Positions 28,256 through 37,024 of a stretch of DNA of 47,947 nucleotides are shown one piece after another. Position numbers and translations under genes: made by a program. The stretch lies in NCBI GenBank assembly GCA_964616605.1, contig CAZTRH010000005.1, positions 1-47,947 of the forward strand. Direction: 5' to 3'. Below the pieces are notes generated by a model that saw only the letters and a program-made list of their open reading frames with translations, had not been told where the DNA came from and ran no database searches. Origin of the DNA: an uncultured Ruminococcus sp. (GTDB lineage Bacteria; Bacillota; Clostridia; Oscillospirales; Ruminococcaceae). Position 1 is the first letter of the stretch, and each line of letters starts with the position of its first letter.

Positions 28256-28309
28256 ACTTTCCCTCCAAATTTATTCAAAATAACTAACAGGATATATTCA
28301 TACTATTTT

Positions 28310-28338
28310 ATTATATCACATCTGAGCCGAATAAACAA
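28310..28338 (-). promoter_or_regulatory. Sigma-A promoter for the asp23-nusB-...-recN operon
   Basis: Minus strand TTGTTT-17 bp-TATAAT with extended -10 TG. Confidence 0.7.
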
Positions 28339-28428
28339 GTATTTTTTTAAAAAAAGCTGTAACAAAAAACACCCACAGGAATAAAATGAAATAAAGCGAG
28401 CCGCAAAAGGCAGAGAGGAGTGAATATA

Positions 28429-28593
28429 ATGCGCTGTCCCAGAAGGCGCAAAAACCCGAAAGGCTGTATAATACTCGGAATAGCGGCACTTTTCGGAGCG
28501 GTGCTGTGCATATCGTTCTTCTCGGTAAAAGCAATGTTGTTTACAATTGCTGTGCTGCTCATCGTACTGGGGATATTCTTGTTAAGATTGTAA
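28429..28593 (+). CDS. Small two-helix membrane protein (54 aa; not in the ORF track)
   Basis: GAGGAG RBS; MRCPRRRKNPKGCIILGIAALFGAVLCISFFSVKAMLFTIAVLLIVLGIFLLRL. Confidence 0.8.
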   Translation: MRCPRRRKNPKGCIILGIAALFGAVLCISFFSVKAMLFTIAVLLIVLGIFLLRL

Positions 28594-28606
28594 GGGAGGC
28601 TTACTT

Positions 28607-28693
28607 ATGAAAATTGTAGTTGTCAGAAGTCCAAAAATGTTTGCCGGAGTTCTCAGAATGATATTCGGCATAAAAAAAGTCAGAGCAGAATAA
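28607..28693 (+). CDS. spoVM: SpoVM-family amphipathic coat morphogenetic peptide (28 aa; not in the ORF track)
   Basis: GGGAGG RBS; MKIVVVRSPKMFAGVLRMIFGIKKVRAE aligns with B. subtilis SpoVM (MKFYTIKLPKFLGGIVRAMLG...), including Pro9. Confidence 0.8.
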   Translation: MKIVVVRSPKMFAGVLRMIFGIKKVRAE

Positions 28694-28698
28694 CCCCG

Positions 28699-28730
28699 AA
28701 AAGCCCGAAGGAAATCCCTTCGGGCAATAA
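28699..28730. terminator. Terminator hairpin between the convergent spoVM and spoIIIAH
   Basis: GCCCGAAGG/CCTTCGGGC stem; T-run on the minus strand. Confidence 0.8.
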
Positions 28731-28804
28731 TTCATTCACAACCGGTTGCAGATGTCCTTTCAGCATATTATAGCGAACGCTGCATTATAATTTATCACAA
28801 CAGA

Positions 28805-29347
28805 TTACTTTACTTCAACGATAGTAATATTATCGCTTGCAACGGGAACTTCTGACTGAAGCGTAGCCTTTATCTTTGCTGCGCCAACAGCGTCAAGTCC
28901 GTCTGTTTTTACAATGACGTTAGCTCCCTTATCGCTTAGGTAGCACAATGCGTCAGCAAAGCCCTGCGCTTTAATCAGTGTTTCAATCTTATTTTCACTC
29001 TCGATAGTCTTGCTTAAATTCTGAGCGTTTAAAGTTACAACCGACAACTCATCAGCTGTCATATCGCCACCCTGATACATTCCTGCAAGAACCTCTGCCG
29101 TTTCATCACGACTCTGCTGCTTTTCAAGGCGAGCTTTTGCAAAATATGCGTCGTCATTGGTATTGGAAACATACAGAGTATCACCGTAATTAGCGCTTGC
29201 ACTCACTTCATCGGCTGAATTTGTCTTGCCGTCTGTTACGTCTTTACCCGACAACACAAAATTTGCCGTTGCAGCAGCGCCAAGCAGCACTGCAAGCGAT
29301 GCTATAACAATCTGTTTTTTCCCGATAATCACATTTAGCCTTTTCAT
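28805..29347 (-). CDS. spoIIIAH: Stage III sporulation protein AH
   Basis: N-terminal TM helix, YFAKARL, ETLIKAQGFADA; last gene of the spoIIIA operon. Confidence 0.92.
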   Translation of the reverse strand: MKRLNVIIGKKQIVIASLAVLLGAAATANFVLSGKDVTDGKTNSADEVSASANYGDTLYVSNTNDDAYFAKARLEKQQSRDETAEVLAGMYQGGDMTADELSVVTLNAQNLSKTIESENKIETLIKAQGFADALCYLSDKGANVIVKTDGLDAVGAAKIKATLQSEVPVASDNITIVEVK

Positions 29348-29367
29348 AAACAAATTCCTTTCTTCAA

Positions 29368-29919
29368 TCAGTATGTAACGCAAACCCGTGATAAACCTAT
29401 ATCAAGAGCCTTTGCCACTGCATGAGTTATCCGTTCGCACACAACAGGATCCGCTGCACCTTTACACACTACCGTTGCACCACGAACTTCAGGATTTGAA
29501 ACACCTATCTGAAGCGGTTCTTTTCCACTTCCGACAAGTACTGTTTCATCGTTCCTGCTGGTTGTAACGCCATTGTTCTGAGAAATATTTTCATATTGAA
29601 TATCCTTTTCAAAAATTGCCGTTGACGTTGTATCCACCGTTATCATAACGCTAATTTCCGAAGCTGCTCCAGCACCGCTTATCTGTGACACAAGCTTCTT
29701 TATACGTTCTTCAAGTTCTTGTTCTATTTCAGACGCATCACAAGCCGTGTATTTTTCTTCTTCGATTGATTTTTCTCCGCCACAGGATAAGCCGCTGCAC
29801 AATATCAACAGCATTGCTGCTATCGCACCGCATATCAGCGCCTTTGCACCTTTATCCCCAACCAGAAAATCCTTTATTTTATCATTCAGACCATTCTTTA
29901 AAGAGATATTAAATGCCAT
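29368..29919 (-). CDS. spoIIIAG: Stage III sporulation protein AG
   Basis: LEERIKKLVSQISGAG, VMITVD, PEVRGATVVCKGA. Confidence 0.9.
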   Translation of the reverse strand: MAFNISLKNGLNDKIKDFLVGDKGAKALICGAIAAMLLILCSGLSCGGEKSIEEEKYTACDASEIEQELEERIKKLVSQISGAGAASEISVMITVDTTSTAIFEKDIQYENISQNNGVTTSRNDETVLVGSGKEPLQIGVSNPEVRGATVVCKGAADPVVCERITHAVAKALDIGLSRVCVTY

Positions 29920-29955
29920 TTTAAAAACCTCTCGTTATCTGACAGAAAAGCTTTG

Positions 29956-30420
29956 TCATCGCTGTTCCGCACTTATTTTTATCTTCCCATCAAGCTCGTT
30001 TTCAAGCAGTGAAACAGCTTTATTTACAATCGCATCATCACCTTCTTTAAAAACAAGCTTCACCTGTGAAATATTTATGCTATACAAGTCAGAAATATTA
30101 ACGATTATGTGAATTTCTTCCGGAAAAATTCCATTTTCATTCAGCAAAGTTCTTACCTTTTCCGACATCTCATCGCAAATCTGTTTTCTGAGCGTTTCGG
30201 AAACAGACTGCGAAATCTGTACGAAGTTCTCGCTTTCATAAAGCTCATAGTCATCAAGCGAAAAATCAAAAGCTTCACCAGTCGCAGACGAAATAATGGT
30301 CAGAATAAAAATTCCTGCTGTAAGAAAGGAAATCTGCTTTTTAAACTTGTTTTCGGGAATAAGAATTTTAAAGAAAGCAATAGCAATAGCCGAAATGCAT
30401 ACAGTCAGAATAAATTTCAT
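29956..30420 (-). CDS. spoIIIAF: Stage III sporulation protein AF
   Basis: Two N-terminal TM helices with LIP...K; operon position; start reassigned to ATG 30420. Confidence 0.82.
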   Translation of the reverse strand: MKFILTVCISAIAIAFFKILIPENKFKKQISFLTAGIFILTIISSATGEAFDFSLDDYELYESENFVQISQSVSETLRKQICDEMSEKVRTLLNENGIFPEEIHIIVNISDLYSINISQVKLVFKEGDDAIVNKAVSLLENELDGKIKISAEQR

Positions 30421-31541
30421 TATCCGCTCACCGTCCCAGTAACAGAAAGCATTATAAATACTGCTATCACATTCAGTACTAAAAAGCACACAGTCACAGC
30501 AATAACAATCGACATCACCGAGCCGCAACTTTTATATAACACCGAAAGCTCCTTCTGTCCGAACATCTGTGCTGTATATTCCGACAGTGACAACGCAATA
30601 AGGTAACAAAACAAGCTTGCCAAAGCAGGCAGCAGAACTACTGCTGCACCGATTATCCCGTAAGTTCCCACGCTTCCTTTCAGCATTGTTAATCCACCAC
30701 TCACCATATTAACAGCGTCAGAGATAGTTCCTCCTACAAACGGCACTCCTTGTGATACAATAAATTTAGCAGCCTTTATCGCCGAATTATCCGCAGCAGA
30801 AGTCACAACCGTTTGTATAGAAAGCACGCTCATAAAAATCGTCATTATCAGCGTTAGTCCCCATACAGCAGCCTTTTTCACCAGATTGCCTATTTTTTCC
30901 AGTTTCAGTTCGCTGTCCGCCGCCCCTGCAGCAGATATTCCAAGTATTACAGCACACAGTGGTGCGAGATATTTGGCTGCAATCTGCGAAAAAAGCTGAG
31001 TTGCCGCCAGAACGGCAGAATTTACAGCAGATGCTGAACTAACGTGTCCCAAAGCTGCCGCTATCCCTGTAAAAGCAGGGATAAACACCAGCGTAAAATC
31101 CGCTGCCTGCGAAAGAACTCCAAGCGTTTCATCAAGAACATCTCCGACAGCCGCAGCCGCTATTCCCGCACCGCATAACGCACTGATAGCCGCAAAAACT
31201 CCTTTCAGCGAACTCTGGTCCGTAAGTTGCTGCGCCAGAACGCTCAATACAGTTACTCCGAACAGCGAGCAAAAAAGCTTAAGCGGTTTCATTGCACGGC
31301 TTTTAATCATTTCAGTAATCTCTTTCAAAACTGTTTTGATATTAAGATTAGCCGCGCCAGAATTATCGGGACTAATCCCCGATTTATCAAGTTCGCTTTG
31401 AGCTTCATCGGGTAATGCGCTTCGAATTTCATCAACCCCGAACTCATATTCGCTTCCGACTGCATACACATTCAAAAGCTCAGCACACAGTATAGCAAAA
31501 ACAATCGCCGCCATTATCGCAAGTATCTTTTTATAATCCAT
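30420..31541 (-). CDS. spoIIIAE: Stage III sporulation protein AE
   Basis: Multi-TM protein; KAAKF...VPFVGGTISDA and LKGSVG. Confidence 0.93.
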   Translation of the reverse strand: MDYKKILAIMAAIVFAILCAELLNVYAVGSEYEFGVDEIRSALPDEAQSELDKSGISPDNSGAANLNIKTVLKEITEMIKSRAMKPLKLFCSLFGVTVLSVLAQQLTDQSSLKGVFAAISALCGAGIAAAAVGDVLDETLGVLSQAADFTLVFIPAFTGIAAALGHVSSASAVNSAVLAATQLFSQIAAKYLAPLCAVILGISAAGAADSELKLEKIGNLVKKAAVWGLTLIMTIFMSVLSIQTVVTSAADNSAIKAAKFIVSQGVPFVGGTISDAVNMVSGGLTMLKGSVGTYGIIGAAVVLLPALASLFCYLIALSLSEYTAQMFGQKELSVLYKSCGSVMSIVIAVTVCFLVLNVIAVFIMLSVTGTVSG

Positions 31542-31551
31542 TTAAGCACCA

Positions 31552-31938
31552 TCATTTCAACATTCCTGTAACATAATCCGCAAGCTGAGTAAAAACAGGC
31601 AGCGAAATCACTGCAATAGCCGCTCTGCCCGCAAGCTCCAGTTTTGATCCCAGAGCCGCTTCCCCTGCGTCCCTTGCACAGTCCGCACACAACGATGTTA
31701 TATAACACACCGCCAGCGCTTTTAACATAATTTTTACAAGAGAGCTGTCAATACCTGACTTATCCGCAAGCTCCGAAAGCGTCTTTATTGATGGAGAAAT
31801 CGCACTTAATACAGCCACAGTGACAGCAAGACCTGCAGCAATGCTTATACCCAGTGCGCTTTCGGGATTAACTTTGCGTACCGTAACGCACAGTACCACG
31901 GCAATAATTCCGAATGCGCAAATAGACAGATAATCCAT
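31552..31938 (-). CDS. spoIIIAD: Stage III sporulation protein AD
   Basis: LKAL...CARDAGE...KLELAG. Confidence 0.93.
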   Translation of the reverse strand: MDYLSICAFGIIAVVLCVTVRKVNPESALGISIAAGLAVTVAVLSAISPSIKTLSELADKSGIDSSLVKIMLKALAVCYITSLCADCARDAGEAALGSKLELAGRAAIAVISLPVFTQLADYVTGMLK

Positions 31939-31952
31939 ACGTTATCCTCTTT

Positions 31953-32147
31953 TCACAATCCGAAAACATTTCTGATAGTATCAAACAATTCTTCCAGAGC
32001 AGGAACAATCATCATCAGAACAATTATCAAACCTGCCACATTAAGCATTACCGTCTGTTCTTCGTGGTCGGTCTTTTTGAGAATAAGATTAAGAACCGCA
32101 ACAATAATCCCTATGGCAGCAATTTTAAAAAGCAAATCAACTTCCAT
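31953..32147 (-). CDS. spoIIIAC: Stage III sporulation protein AC
   Basis: MEVDLLFKIAAIGIIVAVL...LFDTIRNVFGL. Confidence 0.94.
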   Translation of the reverse strand: MEVDLLFKIAAIGIIVAVLNLILKKTDHEEQTVMLNVAGLIIVLMMIVPALEELFDTIRNVFGL

Positions 32148-32161
32148 CAAATCCCCCAGAA

Positions 32162-32638
32162 TCAAAGAACAAGAACTGCTCCTGCCGCTCCGCACAGTAC
32201 GCCAACTTTAGCTGCAGCCTTTCCTTTATGCGAGTATTCCTTAAAAGCCGCTTCACGCAATTTTGAAAAACGCTCAATATACAGTTGTATAAGCTGCAAT
32301 TCGCCGTTGCCATCGGAATTTCCGAATGCTCTGCCAAATTCACAAAGCAACGCAATTTCTGCTGCTTCAGACCTGTACTCACGACAGGCACTCTCCCAAG
32401 CTGTTCTTACATCGCTGCCGCTTTTGATAATGTGCTTTACTTTTTCTGCAAATTCTCCGTGCTGATTTCGAATTAGTTCTTCAAGAGTCGGCAGTTGAAA
32501 TCTGATATCAATAGCAAATTCCGTAAGCATTGAAATTATTCCATCAATAAATACAACACGCTTTTTAATCGCAAAACTTTTTCGTACTCCGACTGCGGAG
32601 CAGCAAATTAAAATAATCAATGCCGCCGGAACTCTCAT
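32162..32638 (-). CDS. spoIIIAB: Stage III sporulation protein AB
   Basis: N- and C-terminal TM helices, FGNSD motif, operon position. Confidence 0.88.
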   Translation of the reverse strand: MRVPAALIILICCSAVGVRKSFAIKKRVVFIDGIISMLTEFAIDIRFQLPTLEELIRNQHGEFAEKVKHIIKSGSDVRTAWESACREYRSEAAEIALLCEFGRAFGNSDGNGELQLIQLYIERFSKLREAAFKEYSHKGKAAAKVGVLCGAAGAVLVL

Positions 32639-33474
32639 ACAGAATCACCGCCCATCTGAAGCTCAGCTATTTTTCCACGCTTTCCCAGAACCGCCAGATA
32701 ATCAAAGTTTTTAAGTAATGTCGTACCTTTGTATCGCTTTTTCAAATCTTCTATATTTGATGTATGTACGGAAGCAATAACTTTTACACCACAGAAAAGT
32801 GCTTCCTCAATTGCGTCCTCATCATGTGCAGTTTCATCACAAATTATAAATTCGGGACTCATCGAGCGCAGAGCTATCATAATTCCTTCTGCTTTTCCGC
32901 AGCCGCACAGCACATCGGTATTCAATCCAACATCAAGAGTAGGCTCTCCCCCCACACATGCGGCTATTTCATTTCTGCTGTCGATAATAGTAACTCGGTG
33001 ATTACTCCCAAGCCTTCTTGCAAGATCACGCAGAACGGTAGTTTTCCCGCTCAGCGGTTTTCCGCCAAGGAGCAGCGAACACGGTTCAACAGCAAACAGT
33101 CTGTTATATAACTCGTCCGCACAGCCTACAATCTCTCTTGCAAAACGAATATTCAACCCCGACACATTTTTTATAAAACCAATATCGCTGCCGTTTTTTA
33201 CAACCGTTCCGCAGATTCCTACTCTGTGTCCTCCGTCAAGCGTCACAAACCCCTGAGCAATCTCTCCTTGAAAACTATGCAGCGAATACCTGCATATTTC
33301 CGAAAAGCATTCGTTGATATCATCAACAGACAGATTTTCCGAGCATAGTTTCATATTGCCGTAAATATCAACCAGAACAGATGGTTTGCCTGCCCTTAGT
33401 CTGATTTCAGCAATGTTTGAATGAGCATCGGTTATACAGATTTTCCCGAATATCTTTAATTTTGGTAAAGTCAT
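32635..33474 (-). CDS. spoIIIAA: Stage III sporulation protein AA (ATPase)
   Basis: EIRLRAGKP, GGHRVGICG, LNIR, SGKTTVLRDLAR, RSMSP. Confidence 0.95.
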   Translation of the reverse strand: MTLPKLKIFGKICITDAHSNIAEIRLRAGKPSVLVDIYGNMKLCSENLSVDDINECFSEICRYSLHSFQGEIAQGFVTLDGGHRVGICGTVVKNGSDIGFIKNVSGLNIRFAREIVGCADELYNRLFAVEPCSLLLGGKPLSGKTTVLRDLARRLGSNHRVTIIDSRNEIAACVGGEPTLDVGLNTDVLCGCGKAEGIMIALRSMSPEFIICDETAHDEDAIEEALFCGVKVIASVHTSNIEDLKKRYKGTTLLKNFDYLAVLGKRGKIAELQMGGDSV

Positions 33475-33510
33475 TTTTGCGTCCTCCCTGATGTTTGTCC
33501 GTTTTGATAA

Positions 33511-33539
33511 AGTATATTAAAGTCAAACCAAAAATAGAA
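33511..33539 (-). promoter_or_regulatory. Probable sigma-E promoter of spoIIIA
   Basis: Minus strand TTCTATT-14 bp-AATATACT fits sigma-E spacing; spoIIIA is sigma-E dependent in Bacillus and Clostridium. Confidence 0.5.
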
Positions 33540-33566
33540 CACCCACAAGGAAAAATCCTTGTGGGT
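33531..33566 (-). terminator. Terminator insulating spoIIIA from the upstream operon
   Basis: ACCCACAAGGA/TCCTTGTGGGT stem with a T-rich tail on the minus strand. Confidence 0.75.
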
Positions 33567-33587
33567 ATACCTTTTGTTTTCAGAACC

Positions 33588-33743
33588 TTATCTATAAATT
33601 ATTTTCAGCGCTCCGTTTCCGCATCCGAGATCAAGCACAGAAGACACATTATGAAAATCAATCAGCGACAGCACATCATTTCCGTATTCGTGTACAAGCG
33701 AAAAATCAGCGCCATACTTTTCTGCGTTCCATTTCTGGTTCAT
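33588..33743 (-). pseudogene. Truncated class I SAM-dependent methyltransferase (Tam-like), 51-codon N-terminal remnant
   Basis: GGAGG RBS; MNQKWNAEKYGADFSLVHEYGNDVLSLIDFHNVSSVLDLGCGNGALKIIYR*; stops just after motif I (VLDLGCGNG). Confidence 0.82.
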
Positions 33744-33773
33744 ACAAGCTTCCTCCATACGGCGAAATTTCCA

Positions 33774-35483
33774 TTAAGAATATAATTCAGAACTATTGTA
33801 CATACTTTCAAGCTGCTCACGACATTGCAAAAAAATTTCTCCGAGCTTCGGGTCAAAATGTGAACCTATTGACTCTTTAATAATCCCGAATGCTTTATCA
33901 TAAGAATATGCGTCTTTGTAACAGCGTTTGCTGACCAATGCGTCAAAAACGTCCGCCAAAGCCATAATCCTAGCCTCAATCGGAATATTCTCTCCCTTTA
34001 TTCCGTAAGGATATCCCGTACCGTCATACTTTTCGTGATGATAAGTCGCAACATTCCTTGCTATTTCAACGAAATCTTCGTCCTCTACGCCCTCAAGAAT
34101 ATCATCAACGATCTTTCCGCCTGCCGCAGCGTGTTTTTTCATCTCAGCGTATTCTTCTTCGGTAAACTTACCTTGCTTTCGTAAAATGCTGTCGCTTACC
34201 GTAATCTTCCCAAGGTCGTGCATAGGTGCTGCTTTTGAAACTTTTTTCAAAAAATCCTCATCAAGACCAATAGTGCTGCAGCATTCTATCAGTTTTTTTG
34301 CAAAAATATCAACAACCTTGCTCGTCCGTCTTATATGACCGCCTGTACTTGAATCACGACTTTCAACCATGGACGCCATACCAAGAACCATCATATCCTT
34401 AACGTGAACTATTTTTTCGGTTTTCTTCTCAACCTCTTTTTCAAGCTGCGCATTATAGTTTTCAATCGCCGACAGATATTTATTCTCAGCAGTACGATCT
34501 GCTATTTCAACAAGGTATCCGACTTTCTTTCTGCTGAAAAAAACATCTCTCACATTCAGTTCATACCATCGTCCGTCAAGTTCTATCGTTTTATGCAGTT
34601 CATCGCTAAGATATTCTTTCTGCTTGCTGATTGCATAAGGAACAATATCTGTGCAAAGCAGACTATCGTTTTTGGGAGGAAATGTGTCATTTTTCCATTG
34701 GCGGATTTCAGGAAACAACTCCTGAACATATGCATTGCAATCAATATATCTGTTATTTTTATCAAATACGATATAACCGTTCTGATGTGTTTTCTCGATT
34801 GAATTTGCAATATTCGACGTCATATCAAACATATTCAGACGTTCAATATGATAAGTAAGAATAATAATTGAAAAAAGGTATGTTATTGAAATCCATTCAA
34901 TCGTTGAGTTGAATACACGCTGCAATAGGTATGTCAGGCTCACCGCAAAACCCATGCTGCACAAAAGCACAAGCATTCTGACCGAAACATTTTTCTTTGA
35001 AATTATTGCGTATAAAACAGCGCCGACATATGTTACAAAGCAAAGAATAGTAAACACTGGATAAAGGAAATGCAGCGCTCCGTACTCCTTTATAAGATAG
35101 CTGTATCCGTTTCCTATACCAAGCTGCACGCTCTTATAATAAATTGTGCTTTTTCCAATGGTTAAAACCAGAGCATAAATGCAGGACGGGACAGCCATTC
35201 CTACACCTTTTACCCAAAGAGGAATTTTTATTTTGCACAAGCTACAGATAACCAGCGTAAACATCATCGGTGTAAAGCAACCGCCAAAATACAAGATCTT
35301 ATTTGCGCAGATTGCCATTTCCAGAGTTGTAGAAACTGATACCAGATATCTTCCATAATTGTTAATCAGAACAGCAAAGCACATAAACACAAGCTTTGAG
35401 TCAATGTTTTGATTTCTGATAAACACTCTTAACATCAGAACAGCTGACAAAATAAACGCCAAAAGGTAAAAAAGTGATACCAT
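33774..35483 (-). CDS. Membrane 7TM-PAS-like-HD-GYP cyclic-dinucleotide phosphodiesterase
   Basis: About 7 TM N-terminal domain (HisKA_7TM-like), PAS-like middle, ESRD..TGGH, HDLGK, HHEKYDGTGYP, ADVFDALVSKR. Confidence 0.92.
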   Translation of the reverse strand: MVSLFYLLAFILSAVLMLRVFIRNQNIDSKLVFMCFAVLINNYGRYLVSVSTTLEMAICANKILYFGGCFTPMMFTLVICSLCKIKIPLWVKGVGMAVPSCIYALVLTIGKSTIYYKSVQLGIGNGYSYLIKEYGALHFLYPVFTILCFVTYVGAVLYAIISKKNVSVRMLVLLCSMGFAVSLTYLLQRVFNSTIEWISITYLFSIIILTYHIERLNMFDMTSNIANSIEKTHQNGYIVFDKNNRYIDCNAYVQELFPEIRQWKNDTFPPKNDSLLCTDIVPYAISKQKEYLSDELHKTIELDGRWYELNVRDVFFSRKKVGYLVEIADRTAENKYLSAIENYNAQLEKEVEKKTEKIVHVKDMMVLGMASMVESRDSSTGGHIRRTSKVVDIFAKKLIECCSTIGLDEDFLKKVSKAAPMHDLGKITVSDSILRKQGKFTEEEYAEMKKHAAAGGKIVDDILEGVEDEDFVEIARNVATYHHEKYDGTGYPYGIKGENIPIEARIMALADVFDALVSKRCYKDAYSYDKAFGIIKESIGSHFDPKLGEIFLQCREQLESMYNSSELYS

Positions 35484-35506
35484 ACACAAACCTCCAATTT
35501 CAATAA

Positions 35507-36121
35507 TCAATCGTCATAACGCTGCTTAATAACAAGTACATCTCCCGATAAAACCGTAATCTCCGCAAAATCATCAGTTACAATATTACTTATTCCAAGC
35601 GGAAAATCACTTGTCAACGTGTGATTATCAAGCGGATATTTTACGCCTTTCAGTGTTACAACCGCACTCGGACTATATGAAAAAACAGACAGATATCCAT
35701 CAAACTTCGCAATATCTGCGGTTTCTTCTTTCACAAAGAAGGCTTCACACCCATCTCCGTATGCCACAGCAGAAAAGCCTTTCTCTTTCAGTTTGAAAAT
35801 TGTCTGCAAATTCGCAATAGTATGATCCAACCGTCCACCCAGCGCACAGAACAGTCTGAATTCGCTGCATTCCATTCTCATACCGAGTTCAATAGCAAGT
35901 TGCGTGTCAGTATCGTCCTTTTCGGCAGGTACGGTAACTGTCGCAATCCCTTCAGGCGGTGCATTATGCGCACTATCAAAGTCCCCGACAGCAAACTCAG
36001 GAGTAATGCCGTTTGCTATGCAATAATCAAGTCCCCTGTCAGCTGCTATAACCAGTCCCTCGACCTTATCTTTCGATATATTCACGTTCGGCGCACCGCA
36101 AATAATTGAACAAATTTTCAT
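35507..36121 (-). CDS. thiN: Thiamine diphosphokinase
   Basis: AADRG, GDFDS, EKDDTD, GGRLDH, GVKYPL, GISN. Confidence 0.96.
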   Translation of the reverse strand: MKICSIICGAPNVNISKDKVEGLVIAADRGLDYCIANGITPEFAVGDFDSAHNAPPEGIATVTVPAEKDDTDTQLAIELGMRMECSEFRLFCALGGRLDHTIANLQTIFKLKEKGFSAVAYGDGCEAFFVKEETADIAKFDGYLSVFSYSPSAVVTLKGVKYPLDNHTLTSDFPLGISNIVTDDFAEITVLSGDVLVIKQRYDD

Positions 36122-37014
36122 TTCATTTCCCAATCGTTAATTTTCGAAGCTTCCTCATACATTCTAAGGTAACTGTTATAGCGCTGCAATGCTATTTCAC
36201 CGACATCAACAGCTTTGCGCACAGCACAGCCGCGTTCTTTGATATGTGCACAATCAGAAAATTCACATTTACCAACAAACGGTCTAAATTCTCTGAATGC
36301 CCCGTCCAACTCGTATTTTGAAAGTCTGCAATATCGCTCTGTATCAACCGTTGAAAATCCAGGAGTATCGGCAATATATCCATCTTTCTTAAACAACTCC
36401 ACTTGTCTTGTGGTGTGCTTTCCGCGTCCGAGTTTCCGACTTGTCTGCGCAGTTTCAAGATGAAGTTCAGGATAAAGCACATTCAGTAAGCTTGATTTTC
36501 CTACTCCCGAATTTCCGATAAACGCAGCAGTTTTTCCCGAAATAAGATTTCTTATTTCCTCTGCGCCCTCTCCTGTTGTATTATCAACCATGCAGACAGT
36601 AATGCCTATTTTCCGATAAATTCCGGGATACTCTCCTGCCGCTTTCAAATCAACCTTAGTAAATACAACAACCGGCTCTATGTTCTTGCTGTCCGCAATT
36701 GCTATCAGCTTATCAAGAATAAAGCCATTAACACAAGGCTCTGCCGTGCTGTTTACAAACACTATCAAATCCAGATTTGCAAGCGGAGGGCGAACCAGAT
36801 AATTCTTTCGTTCATGAATTTCCGTAATAACAGGCTGCGTAATCTCATCAGATTCTACTGTAACAATATCTCCTGCAGACGGACTTATTCCGCGATTTCT
36901 GAATATCCCTCTCGCTGCACACTTAACACTTTCTTCATAGCCGTCAAGGGCATCTACATAGTAGACGCCCCCGACAGCTTTTGTAATTATTCCTTCAAAA
37001 GCACTCTTCTGCAT
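36118..37014 (-). CDS. rsgA: Ribosome small subunit-dependent GTPase A
   Basis: RPPLAN, TKVD, GNSGVGKSS, GKHTT, DTPG, CxFxDCxHxxExGC zinc finger. Confidence 0.97.
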   Translation of the reverse strand: MQKSAFEGIITKAVGGVYYVDALDGYEESVKCAARGIFRNRGISPSAGDIVTVESDEITQPVITEIHERKNYLVRPPLANLDLIVFVNSTAEPCVNGFILDKLIAIADSKNIEPVVVFTKVDLKAAGEYPGIYRKIGITVCMVDNTTGEGAEEIRNLISGKTAAFIGNSGVGKSSLLNVLYPELHLETAQTSRKLGRGKHTTRQVELFKKDGYIADTPGFSTVDTERYCRLSKYELDGAFREFRPFVGKCEFSDCAHIKERGCAVRKAVDVGEIALQRYNSYLRMYEEASKINDWEMK

Positions 37015-37024
37015 ACACACCTCG

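Noticed and set aside
28371-28380. ACCCACAGGA similar to ACCCACAAGGA at 33541, on either side of spoIIIA
   Set aside because: Too short and imperfect to call a repeat or att site; no recombinase nearby.
27677-28384. 235-aa plus-strand ORF
   Set aside because: Antisense to nusB and asp23, no RBS or motifs; treated as a shadow ORF, like 7734-8312, 8881-9459, 10620-11288 and 44967-45533.
28316-28562. Two minus-strand ORFs of 71-72 aa in the asp23-spoIIIAH gap
   Set aside because: No RBS; the opposite strand holds the better-supported 54-aa ORF, and one of them overlaps the asp23 promoter.
33495-33785. 96-aa plus-strand ORF
   Set aside because: Spans a promoter and terminator and is antisense to the methyltransferase remnant.
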